From IMG/VR virus record IMGVR_UViG_3300024999_000068, positions 22,551-86,550 of that record: 64,000 nucleotides of DNA; one strand, given 5' to 3'. Below the pieces are notes generated by a model. The model made no database searches, was not told the origin of the DNA, and saw only the letters and a program-made list of their open reading frames with translations. Shown piece by piece: positions 1 through 10,947 of this stretch (within the stretch, counting starts at the first letter, position 1; the number at the start of each line of letters is the position of its first letter). A program made the translations under genes and the position numbers. This DNA comes from a virus.

Positions 1-329
1 ATTTTGATGTAGAAGATGTTTTAGAATTATATGATGAACTTAAAGAGAATTTGGTAATTAATACTATACTAAAATTAATTCCTGAGTCAGAAAAAGAATT
101 TATTGATTATATATTGCGAAAAGAAATTGAACAAATTCAAGTTGTCGATAATAGTTTGGCAACTGTAATTAGTAAACAGTTAAGTAGACTTGTAGAAAAA
201 CTTCCAGATAGTGTAGAAATTAATAAAATGATTCCTAAATTAAGTAAACAAATAAATAAAATATCTCCTGATTCTTTTAAGTTTTTAACAGATGCTATTG
301 GATGGAGTAAAGGAGACAAAAAAGAATAA
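1..329 (+). CDS. Partial phage protein (5' end off window), possibly tail assembly chaperone
   Basis: Frame open from position 3 to stop at 329; lies upstream of the tape measure gene. Confidence 0.45.
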   Translation, partial: FDVEDVLELYDELKENLVINTILKLIPESEKEFIDYILRKEIEQIQVVDNSLATVISKQLSRLVEKLPDSVEINKMIPKLSKQINKISPDSFKFLTDAIGWSKGDKKE

Positions 330-544
330 TATTTTATTAAAAGATAAAATCAATATTATTTATATTTTAAGAAAACTTATAGAAATGTAGGTTTATTTTA
401 TTGTGGATTTATAGATTGAATATATTTAACAGATAGTCTTTGGCAACATCTGCAATTGCAATGCAGTAGAAGAGGTAAACTCCCCTCTTCTTTTTTGTTG
501 CCTTTTTATAATGTTTTGGATGGAGTAGTTAATAAATTTAAGGA

Positions 545-1669
545 GTGATGGAAATGTTCGAAGATTTTTATTGGGAAGAAGATAGTATATCTGATTTTAG
601 AAGACTAAATATTATACATAAAAAATTTATTAGGGAGAAAGAAAAATTTATAAATTACAATGGACAATTTCGTATGTGTAGTAAATGTAGAGAAAAATTA
701 CCTTTAAATAGTTATTTCTTTCATTCTGGTGGAAAAGATAAATACCATAGATATTGCAAATTATGTGAAGGGTCTTCATCATACGGATGGGGACGAAAAG
801 AAAATAATTTGTTTAATGAATCTGGACAGCACTATTGTACAAAGTGTGATAGAATTTTGCCATTAAACGAATACTATTTTAGCAAAACAACAGGGCGATG
901 TAATAAAACAGGATTTTCTAGTAATTGCAAGGAATGTAGAAATAAAGATTCTAATTTCCAATTTCATAGTTTAAATAATTATCATGAACTACTTGATATT
1001 AAAAAAGGATTTAAAATATGCTCAGATTGCTTATTAGAATTACCAGATAATGATAATTATTATTTCAATAGAAATGATCGAGAATATGGTCATACTCAGT
1101 GTAAAAATTGTAAGGGTTTTGAATATGGTGTTCATAGAATTAATAGAGTTATGGAAAAACATTTACCAGTAGGATATAAATTTTGTTCAAATTGTTTAGA
1201 TATTTTTAAAGTAGAAGATATGTCTTATGGTATGGTATATTGTCAACCATGTGCAAATGAAAAAAGTGGTGTTTGGTCTAAAACTGACAAGGGCAAACAA
1301 TATAAACGACAATTTAGACAAATCCGTAGGGCTAAACAATTATTTTTACGTAATGATTTAACGGAAGTTCAATGGGATGAAACATTAAAATATTTCGATC
1401 ATTCTTGTGCATACTGTGGAACTACAGAAGAAAAACATAAACAAGAAATAGAGCAGGTACTTCATCAAGAACATGTAATTCCGATATCTAAAGATGGTGA
1501 ATATACAAAAAATAATATTATTCCTGCATGTAGAAAATGTAATTATGCGAAATATACAATGTCTTTAAAAGAATTTTATATAAAAACAAAACATTTTTCT
1601 GAAAAAAGATATAACAAAATATTGAATTTTATACTAGAAAATTCAGAAGTAATTCAAAATACAAATTAG
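545..1669 (+). CDS. HNH homing endonuclease with tandem N-terminal CxxC zinc-finger repeats
   Basis: Repeated CxxC...LP....YF...CxxC units; C-terminal CAYCG...EHVIP..GEYTKNNIIPACRKCN HNH motif. Confidence 0.85.
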   Translation: MMEMFEDFYWEEDSISDFRRLNIIHKKFIREKEKFINYNGQFRMCSKCREKLPLNSYFFHSGGKDKYHRYCKLCEGSSSYGWGRKENNLFNESGQHYCTKCDRILPLNEYYFSKTTGRCNKTGFSSNCKECRNKDSNFQFHSLNNYHELLDIKKGFKICSDCLLELPDNDNYYFNRNDREYGHTQCKNCKGFEYGVHRINRVMEKHLPVGYKFCSNCLDIFKVEDMSYGMVYCQPCANEKSGVWSKTDKGKQYKRQFRQIRRAKQLFLRNDLTEVQWDETLKYFDHSCAYCGTTEEKHKQEIEQVLHQEHVIPISKDGEYTKNNIIPACRKCNYAKYTMSLKEFYIKTKHFSEKRYNKILNFILENSEVIQNTN

Positions 1670-1695
1670 TTAATAAGAATCGTCTTAATAATAAT

Positions 1696-2127
1696 ATGGG
1701 AGATGACATCATGGATTTTAAAGACTTAAAATCCCTAGAATTGTATTTACAAAAAAAAATATCCGAATCTCTCCAAACCGATGTAGCGTTGGAAAGTAGA
1801 CATCTTATACGTGAAAAAATACAAACAGTGGTGCTAGAGGCATATATTCCCCAAGATTATATTCGCACATATGAAACAATTAATAGTTGCGTATCTATTC
1901 CAATTGGTAATTATACAATTGAATTAAAAAATACAAGAGAAGGAGATAATGGAGAGAATATACCTTATATTTTAGAGAGTGGAGTTGGTTATTCTTGGGG
2001 AAATAATCTAGATGAAAGAATTGGACCAAGACCATTTATGAGAAAAACATATGAAGATTTAGCAATAGGGAAAGCAAGATTATTTATGAAGATTGCGTTA
2101 AAAAAACGAGGTATAAATACTATATAG
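1696..2127 (+). CDS. Phage structural protein (HK97 gp10-like tail completion, tentative)
   Basis: 143 aa, Y.RT motif and C-terminal GPRPFM; directly before the tape measure gene. Confidence 0.5.
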   Translation: MGDDIMDFKDLKSLELYLQKKISESLQTDVALESRHLIREKIQTVVLEAYIPQDYIRTYETINSCVSIPIGNYTIELKNTREGDNGENIPYILESGVGYSWGNNLDERIGPRPFMRKTYEDLAIGKARLFMKIALKKRGINTI

Positions 2128-2199
2128 AAAAACAACTCCCTACTCTTTGAAGTGTAGGGTATCTTTATGCCCGAAATTACATAGAGAGGATGATTTAAT

Positions 2200-3606
2200 T
2201 TGGATGATTTAAATATTCTAATCAAAGCTAAACTATCATCAACAGCAACAGAGATTGGAACACAAATAAAGGCATTAAACAAACAGATCACAGAAGTCAT
2301 TTCTGTAAAAATGAAGATTGATGCAAAAGATTTAGCAATTATTAATGATACTTTAGATAATATAAGAAAACCAAAAAACGGTGGTAAGATAACTGTTTTT
2401 AATGAGGCAGATTTAAAAGCACAAGGGGTTAAATATAAGCAAGGTGTAATGAAAACTATTGAAGATGTTGAAAAATATCTTAAAGGTGCTTTTAATGGTA
2501 AGAAATTTGATCTAGGAGCAATTGTAGCAGATTCAAGTGGGAATATCAAATCATTTGAAGCAGGTATTAAATCTGCAAATAATCAATTAGAAAAAGTAAA
2601 ATTTAATTTAGCAGAAATATCAAGAATAAGCAAGAGTGGAGTTGCTAGTACAAATTCAGGATATGTATTAAGTAGTTCTCAATTATCAAGAATAGCAGTC
2701 AAACCTGAACAAATTTTTGATAGGACAAAATTAGAAGCAGAAGGTAGGCAATTTTTTGTTTCTTCGTCTAATATTGTTGAACGAGTTAAAAAAGAATTTA
2801 AATCTCTTGGAGATGTAGATGTTAAATTCTTAAAAAATTCACAACAAGAAATAATTGGTTTTACTGCTAATGTTACTAAGGTTAATGGTGTAATAGAGCA
2901 ATTAAAATTCAATATGGCAAGAATACAATCTGGAAATAGTGTGCAAAGAGGATATGTATTTTCTGGAGAAAATTTAATTGATAAAAATGCAGGTTCTAAT
3001 ATACAAAAATCATTAGATAAATTGCAATTATATGAGAATAAAATTGCTAAATTAAAGGCAGGATTTACATCTCCCACAACTGGAATATCAAACACAGAGA
3101 ATTTAGCGACATTAACTTCCCAATACGATAGAATTAAGGCAACTATAGACCAAACAAGACTAAGTAGCACAAACCTATCTAATGAACAAAGAAGAGGCAT
3201 GATCCAAAGTATAACTAATTTGGAATTAGAAATTTCTAAATATAGAGATTTACAAAGAGTTATGAAAACAAGCACTGGAGGTTCTTCTAGTACTTCTGGA
3301 ACTTTAAGCGATAAAGATATATCTCTATATCAAGATAGTATGACAAATAAATTAGCTAGTTTACAAGTTGGGAAAAGTGCAGTTTTTGCAAGACCAGAAA
3401 TTATAGCAGAAATGAATCGTTTAACACAAAGCGTAGCAAGATTTGGAGAAGTTGGAGGATTATCTGCTAGAGAAGTTAATTTACAATTTGCTCAATTAAC
3501 AACATCTGTACGAAGAGCAACTGCTGAAATCACAAGAATAAATGGTGCTGCAGATAGTGTAGCAACGACCTTCGGGAAGGATATTTTTAAACTCGGAATT
3601 TGGAGT
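2200..3606 (+). CDS. Tape measure protein, exon 1
   Basis: ORF 2200-3642 reads into an intron after ...FKLGIWS; helical, internally repeated; continues in ORF 4133-8722. Confidence 0.8.
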
Positions 3607-4116
3607 AATAAGTATTATTTTGTCGAATATATGTATGATTAATTACATATTCTACAAAAACGTAAAGCTCCGCATATAGTGTGAACTGTATGTAGTGATA
3701 GATGACGGATAACAATCTATCCAATATCTCATCAATTGCTGGCAATCGCTAAGAGCTAACTAAACTACAACGTAGGTATGAAATAAGGCCAAGCGTGAAT
3801 GTTGCGAAAGTAGAAAAAATTAGTTAGATGGCATATGGTTAAATCCTAAGTGCTATAAACAATGGGTCTTCAGCATCTTATATCCGAATAGGATACAGTT
3901 CAACGACCATTCCCCTTGAGGGAAGTAGGGCCAAGTGGTGGGCGAAAATCCCTTAAATCGAAATGAGAGACTTTCTTATAAATAAATATAATTTATAAGA
4001 AATGATGATATGGTCTGGGCTTGCATGGAAATCATGCAGAAGTTCATGTTAAATAATAATATATAATTATTTAATTGAGAACTGGCAGAAATTAACGAAT
4101 TCTGTCGAACACTCCG
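3607..4116 (+). ncRNA. Group I self-splicing intron (IA-like, no ORF) in the tape measure gene
   Basis: P AATTGCTGGCAATC 3734; R GTTCAACGACCA 3898; S GATGATATGGTCT 4004; P7 GACCA/TGGTC; P3 TCTCAT 3727/ATGAGA 3963; P1 TGGAGT 3601/GCTCCG 3667 with U.G; P9 GCATG-GAAAT-CATGC; P9.0 GG 4017/CC 4114 before G4116; extra P7.1/P7.2 hairpins. Confidence 0.88.
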
Positions 4117-7100
4117 TCTAGCCGCTACGCTAATGTACGCGCCATTTAGAGCCTTGAAGGATGGTATTCAATACGTTTACCAGATGGATACAGCTTTGAC
4201 TGATTTGTCGAAAGTTGTCGATTTTTCGTCTAATCAATTAAGTGAAATGGCAGATTCAGCAGTTAATCTTGGAAAACAGCTTGGGCAATCTAGTGTTGAA
4301 ATTATGAAAGGAATGGCAGAATTTGGAAGAGTAGCAAAGAATCAAAAGGATATTATCGAGTTGACTCGCGTGGCTGGGATGGCAAGTAACGTCACTACTA
4401 TGTCAGCCGCAGATGCCGCCAAGAATATTACGAGTAGTATGATTACTTTTGGAATAGAAGCAAAAGATTCTATGAAAATATTAAATTCTTGGAATGAGAT
4501 CCAGAATAACTTCCGTGTTAGTGCTGAAGACCTTGCAGCAAGTATTTCCAAAATTGGGGCAGCCAGCAGGTTAGCAAATACTGATATGCAAGATTTAGAG
4601 GGCATGAGTTCTGCAATCGTGCAATCTTTGGGAATTTCTGGAAATGAAGCTGGAACAGCTTTAAAAAGTTTCATGAGCAGAATATATAGAACTGATGAGT
4701 CTGATCCTGAAGAACTAGGGAAAACTGCAAAAGCATTAAAAAGTATTATGGATATTGATACATCAAAAGCGAACGGAGAACTTAAAAGCTTTAATTCCCT
4801 AATTTCAGAAATTCAAAGTGGATGGGGAAAAATGTCGAAACAAGAACAGTTGGCAGTGGCTCAAAGTATGGGTTCTACGTATCATTACTCGAAATTTGTC
4901 GCATTAATGGAGAATTACCAGATAAAACTTGATGCTGCGGCAATGGCCCGTAACAGCGAAAACAGTGCTTTGGAAGAAAATGCCAAAAAACTTGACTCAA
5001 TTTCAGGTCGTTTAGGATTGTTGAAAGTCGCATCAGAAGAATTTTGGAGATCATTAATTGATTCTAATGCGCTAAAGTCAATGGTATCATCTTTGACTTA
5101 TTTAGTTTCTACTTTTGCTAACTTAAGAACAATCATTATGACTGCAGTCTCCGCACTTCTTATACTTAAAGGAACGCAAATTGCCTCTACTATTTCTACA
5201 TGGTCAAGTTCATTTCTTATGTGGTCTACTTCTGCTAGGACTGCCACCATATCATCGACTTTGTTTAATTCAAGTATAGTTCAGACACAAGCAAGATTAG
5301 CGGGATTGTCATTTGCTGAAATTGGAGCAATGACAACCACTACAGGATTAGGAGTTTCTATTAAATCACTTGGTTTTGCCTTCAAAGGATTATTAGCATC
5401 TATCGGCCCAATTGGATTACTAGTTGGTGCTATTACTGCTGTCTCAATAGGCATGAGTATTTATAATCAAAAACAAGAAGAAAATGCTATGGCATCAGAA
5501 CAAGCATCCCAAAAATTAAATCAAGAACAAGATGCATTAAGCGGATTGTCAGAAGAATATTCAAAAATAATCCAATCAGGAGACAAAACGGCAGAATCAA
5601 AAAGTCGTTTAAAGGGCATTCAAAATGAACTTATAAAAACTTATGGAATAGAGGCCGAAGGTCTAGATTTAGTTAATGGAAAATATACAGACCAAATTGC
5701 TTTAATAAATAAAGTTATATCTGATAAGGCTAAAGAACAATTAGCATCAATGGGCAATTCAGGAGCAGAAGCGTTAGCAAATTCTACAAGGGTTTTAAGT
5801 AGTCAATTTGGCGCAGGAGACTCTAGAGGGAATAGAAGTGTAGTTGACCCTGTTTTTAATTCTATAGTTGGAAAATCTGTTGGAGAATCTACTCAAGGTA
5901 AAGAATTATTCGAAGTTAATGGCACTCTGAAAGAAAGAGTTGCAATATTAGAGAAATTAAAATTATCTTTAGATAAAACAAATGCCAATGACGTATATTC
6001 AAAGTCTGTAATTAAAGATGTTACTGACGAATATAATAAATTAAATAGTGAAATGAAGGCAAATCAAACTGTCCTTGACAAATATCTTGAAAATAAAAAC
6101 ATTGTAGATTTCTATGACTCCTTCAAATCTAATATTGGTGAAGTTTCAGATTTAATGAGTAAATTTTTAAAAAATCCTAATGATACTGGTTTAACTAAAC
6201 AATTGAATGAATTGCATGATAAAATGATAAACTTAGCAGATTCAAAAGGAAGACTTGGAGATTTTCAATCTTTCATTGATGAATTATTTGGGGGAATACC
6301 AAATAAAGCAAATGATGCATCTGATGGCACGAATAATTTTTCAAACTCTCTTAAAACACTTCAAGAAACAATGTCCACATCTGCATCATCTATATCAGAC
6401 ATCCAATCTGCTATGGATGAATATAACGAATCTGGAAAGTTTAACTTGGATACCATCATCAAACTATCTAAAACATATCCAAAACTTCTTGAAATGCTTG
6501 GCAATGAATCAAAAATAAGAGATTTCTTAACTAGTAAAATAAAAGAGGAACAAGAAGTCTCTCGTAGAGCATATGCTCAAATGCTTATGGATAGCGAAGA
6601 ATTCTATAAAGCAAAAGTTCTAGGCAATGCACAAGTAATGGATGCCTTATCTAAATTATATAATGGAGATTTAAGTCAATATAAATCACTGGCCGAAGCA
6701 AAAGCAAAAGTGGATCAAGAACTAATTCAAAGATTAGCATCACTTTGGTCTAATTATTATAGGGCAGGAGCATTGGTAGCTCAACCTTTAGATGGTGGAA
6801 GAACGGTTGTCGGGGCAGATGGTTCAGAGCAGTTCATCACACCTGAAATGAAAGCGCAATTATCTGGATTAAAAGAATATTCAAATCAAATGAGTGCGTT
6901 GGCATCTGCTATGGATGGAATTGCAATGAAAGGCACTTCAGGCATTGACTTCTCAAAAATAGGCATGTCAGGTTCAAAAGCATCTGGTTCAAAAGACAAA
7001 ACAGACAAAACTCAAGATCCATCATACACAGATCCTACGGATGCCTTAATAGCAGAAGCAAATGCACAGTCACTTCTTACAAAAGCAAAATCAGATGCAA

Positions 7101-8722
7101 TACAAAAAGAAATAGATCAAGCAAAATCTGCTAAAGACTATTCTCTAATCTTATTAAAAACGACAGAACTTATTGCTAACCAGAAATTAGAACTTCAACA
7201 ACTCAACGATGCTCGTACAAAAATAAATACGGCAAAAGATACTGCATTATCATCATCTCCATTTGGAGACACGTCACGTTGGTTTAATGATGCAAATGAA
7301 GCATCTTCTAATTATGTTAATGAATTTAACAATTCTACAGCAGAAGTTCAAAAAACTATGGAATCAACTTTTTCAGTGATGCAGAAGTTAAGAAAAGGTT
7401 GGGTAGATAACAAAAAGTCAGTAGATGAACTGACTGATTCACAAGTAAAACTTAAACAATCTCTCCAAGACATAATCACAACCCAAGCAGATGAAGCAGT
7501 AGAAGCATTAAAAGCATCATTAGAAAATCAGAAAAAACTAGATGACGAAGCATGTGACGCAAAAATAAAAAATCTTGATGCAACTCATCAAAAAGTTCTT
7601 GATTATATAGATGAAGAATTATCTGCACAAGAAGATGCAATTAATAAACAAATATCATTAATTGATGAACTTGCAAATGCTGAAGATTATAATAAAAATT
7701 TATCATCTAAACAAACTTCTGCTCAAGAAACACAAAATCAAATTAATATTCTCTCACGAGATACTTCTCCTGAAGGAAAGGCCAAACTAGCAGAACTTCA
7801 AAAAACTCTAGCAACTCAAAATTCTGAAATTGAAGACCTACAAAATAGTCATTCTCGTGAACTTAGGAAACAGAATCTTCAAGATGCTTTAGATGCTATT
7901 AAAAAAGAATCAGAAGCAAAGAAAAATTCTGAAAATGAAAAGTATAATGCCACCAAAGATAGATTATCAAAAGAAAAAGCAGAAACAGACACAAATTATA
8001 CAGCAATGATGGGTAGCGATCAAACTTTTGCGGCATTAAGACAAGCAATTATTGATGGAAATATTGTAAATATTAAGGAAGCTTTATTAACTTTTAATAA
8101 AGATTTTACTAAAGATTTAACAGACAAAGCAGATGCAATTGATAAAAGTTTTCAAGCAATTATTGCTACAATTAAGCAAGTAAAAGATGTTGCTAATACC
8201 ATTCCTGAAATACCTGCAAATGCAAAGGGGACAAAATCATCTGCTAGTGGATTATCCATAGTTGATGATGGAAATGGAAGAGAATTAATAAGAACTCCTA
8301 ATGGCAAAATGTATTTAGGTGACAACAGTGGACCCAAAATAGTAAATTTACCAGAAGGTTCAGAAGTTCTTAACAATAGTGAAACAGAAGATTTTCTAAA
8401 AAAAACATCATCAATTAAAGAAATCCCTAGATATGCTAGTGGAATTGGAAATTTAACCTCTAACACAATCATATCAGACATAATATCAAAATTTGATATT
8501 CCATCACTCTTAAAATCCATATCATTACCAACATTTTCCATGCCATCATTCCAAACTCCACAATTGGCAAATAATATTTCTACAAATACGAACGTCACTA
8601 TCCCTAAAATAGAATTTAATGTAACTGCTGAAAATGGTGAAATATCTAAAAAGAATTTACAAAAAGCAGCAGATTATGTAATCCGACAAATAGAAAAAGC
8701 TCAGACAATTAGAGGAAGATAA
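4117..8722 (+). CDS. Tape measure protein, exon 2 (TP901-family core)
   Basis: 1529-aa ORF, MDTALTDLSKV...GNEAGTALKS TMP core, hydrophobic segments, long coiled coil; frame open upstream of ATG 4133 (LAATLM). Confidence 0.9.
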
Positions 8723-8858
8723 ATTCATTAGTCTTCCTCTTTCCTATTATTCAAATCAATTTTAATTAAATAAGAAAAGTTTAAGAGCAGATATATTGGA
8801 GTTATAAACCAATGAAAAGTGTTCCTCAAGCACTCTGCTCTTTTTTACTATGTAATTT

Positions 8859-10100
8859 TTGAGGTTAATGGTCAATAATTTGAGGAGGTTGAAAATATTG
8901 AATAATTTAGGTAGAAATATTAAACTCACTATTGAAGAAGTTAGAGAAATTATTAAATGTTTGGGGTATATATTAATTAGTAAAGAGTATTTAGGTATTA
9001 GTAAAAAATTAATAATGTGTGATGTATTGGGTTATTATTATACTTTTCGTTTAAATGATATAAATAGTGGAAGATTGCCAAGAAAATTTTCCAAATCGAA
9101 TATATATACTATTCAAAATATAAAATTATGGTGTAAATTAGAAAATAAAGAGTTTGAATTAATTAGTGATATTTATAAAGGTAGTAAAGTAAAATTAAAA
9201 TGGAAATGTCTTAAAGAAGAATGTGGGGAAATATTTGAAGCAGAGTGGGATAATATACAAAGTGGGAATAGAGGTTGTCCGTTTTGTTCTGGGCATAAAG
9301 TGGGTTTATCTAACTGTCTTGCAACTAAAAATCCTAAATTAGCAAAAGAGTGGCATCCTACTTTGAATGGTGATCTAACCCCTTATGATGTAACAGAGCA
9401 TAGTGGTAAATATGTTTGGTGGAAATGTTCTAAAAATTCAAAGCACGAATGGAGGACTATGATAGCAGATAGGAGTGATAATAATTGTCCATATTGCAGA
9501 GGTTATTATCCATCTGAAGATCATAATCTATTATTTAATAACCCTAAACTTTGTGAAGAATGGAATTATGACAAAAATGATAAATTACCTTCGGAATATA
9601 CACCATATACTATGCAATCAGTTTGGTGGAAATGTAGAGATTGTGGGAATGAGTGGGAAGACACTATTAATCATAGAAATAATGATAGAGGTTGTCATCA
9701 ATGTAATAAACCAAAAGGAGAAAACAAATGCAAGGAAGTATTTATTAATTATAGTTTTGTCGAAATAAATCAAAGAGATTATTTTAAATTACCAAATAAA
9801 AATGATAATACATACTTTATTCCACAACAGAAATTTATAGGGCTTGTTGGTATTGGTAATGGCCCATTATCATATGATTTTTATATACCAAAATACAACC
9901 TTCTCATAGAGTATCAAGGAGAATTCCATGATGGGACTGCAAAAATACAAACAAAAGAAGGATTTGAAATTCAAAAAGAACACGATAAACGTAAAAAAGA
10001 ATATGCTCTTTCCAATGGATATAATTTTTTAGAGATATGGTATTACGACTTTGATAGTATTGAGGAAATACTAAATAAATATTTAGGAGGTGAAAAATAA
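8859..10100 (+). CDS. Putative homing endonuclease: zinc-ribbon repeats plus C-terminal Vsr/DUF559-like PD-(D/E)XK domain
   Basis: Repeated EW...N......VWWKC..C.HEW...CPYC units; YDFY.P.YNLLIEYQGEFH...HD..KK.YA...FLEIWY. Confidence 0.75.
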   Translation: MRLMVNNLRRLKILNNLGRNIKLTIEEVREIIKCLGYILISKEYLGISKKLIMCDVLGYYYTFRLNDINSGRLPRKFSKSNIYTIQNIKLWCKLENKEFELISDIYKGSKVKLKWKCLKEECGEIFEAEWDNIQSGNRGCPFCSGHKVGLSNCLATKNPKLAKEWHPTLNGDLTPYDVTEHSGKYVWWKCSKNSKHEWRTMIADRSDNNCPYCRGYYPSEDHNLLFNNPKLCEEWNYDKNDKLPSEYTPYTMQSVWWKCRDCGNEWEDTINHRNNDRGCHQCNKPKGENKCKEVFINYSFVEINQRDYFKLPNKNDNTYFIPQQKFIGLVGIGNGPLSYDFYIPKYNLLIEYQGEFHDGTAKIQTKEGFEIQKEHDKRKKEYALSNGYNFLEIWYYDFDSIEEILNKYLGGEK

Positions 10101-10103
10101 TAA

Positions 10104-10919
10104 ATGCCAATATCTGAATCAATTTCATTTATGTTTAATAATCAATTATCAACTGATTATGGAGTAATAAATTGTCATGTTGATACTAGTGGACTATATG
10201 AGGAAACTTTTCTCCCATCTAGAGAAATGAAAGAAATAACAACACGTATGTCTGATAAACCATATCTTGTCCAGATAAAATCTTCGCCAAGAATATTAAA
10301 CTTAACAATTGCGTTTTTAAATTCATTTGATGAAAATAATCTTCGCAATGTAAAACGATGGCTAAGTTCTTCCGAATATAAACCAATGTCCTTTGAATCA
10401 ATTCCAGATACAATATTTTATTGCACACTTATAGATAGTACACCATTACTGCATAATGGAAATAATCAAGGTTATATAAATTGTCAAATGCGTTGTAATT
10501 CTCCATACTCATATTCTCCAGTATATCTCGACGATTTAATTGACCTCTCATTAAATCCAATAGAAGGTACTCAAATAATTTTCACTAATCTTGGAGATGT
10601 TCCGTGTCAACCTCAAATATCATTATTAAAGGTAAATGATGGTGATATTAGTATAATAAACAATTCTAATGGAGGAAAAGAATTCAAATTATCCTCATTA
10701 TTAGATGATGAAGGAGCAATAATTCCATTATCTTCTTTAAAAAACAATGAAGATTTGTTCATTGATAATGAGAATGAAGAAATAATATCTTCGATACCAT
10801 TAACTTATCGAATAAATAATCTTACAGGTGATTTTATTTCCCTTGGTAGAGGTATCAACAACCTAATTATAAAGGGAACTTGTAAAATACAATTCAGATA
10901 CCAATTCAAAATGATTTAA
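10104..10919 (+). CDS. Distal tail protein (Dit, siphovirus)
   Basis: First structural gene after TMP; SF.FN...S.DYG start, C.SPYSYS, N.GD, L..G.N.L.I.G end. Confidence 0.8.
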   Translation: MPISESISFMFNNQLSTDYGVINCHVDTSGLYEETFLPSREMKEITTRMSDKPYLVQIKSSPRILNLTIAFLNSFDENNLRNVKRWLSSSEYKPMSFESIPDTIFYCTLIDSTPLLHNGNNQGYINCQMRCNSPYSYSPVYLDDLIDLSLNPIEGTQIIFTNLGDVPCQPQISLLKVNDGDISIINNSNGGKEFKLSSLLDDEGAIIPLSSLKNNEDLFIDNENEEIISSIPLTYRINNLTGDFISLGRGINNLIIKGTCKIQFRYQFKMI

Positions 10920-10947
10920 AACCATATTCAATGAGAGGAGAATTAAT

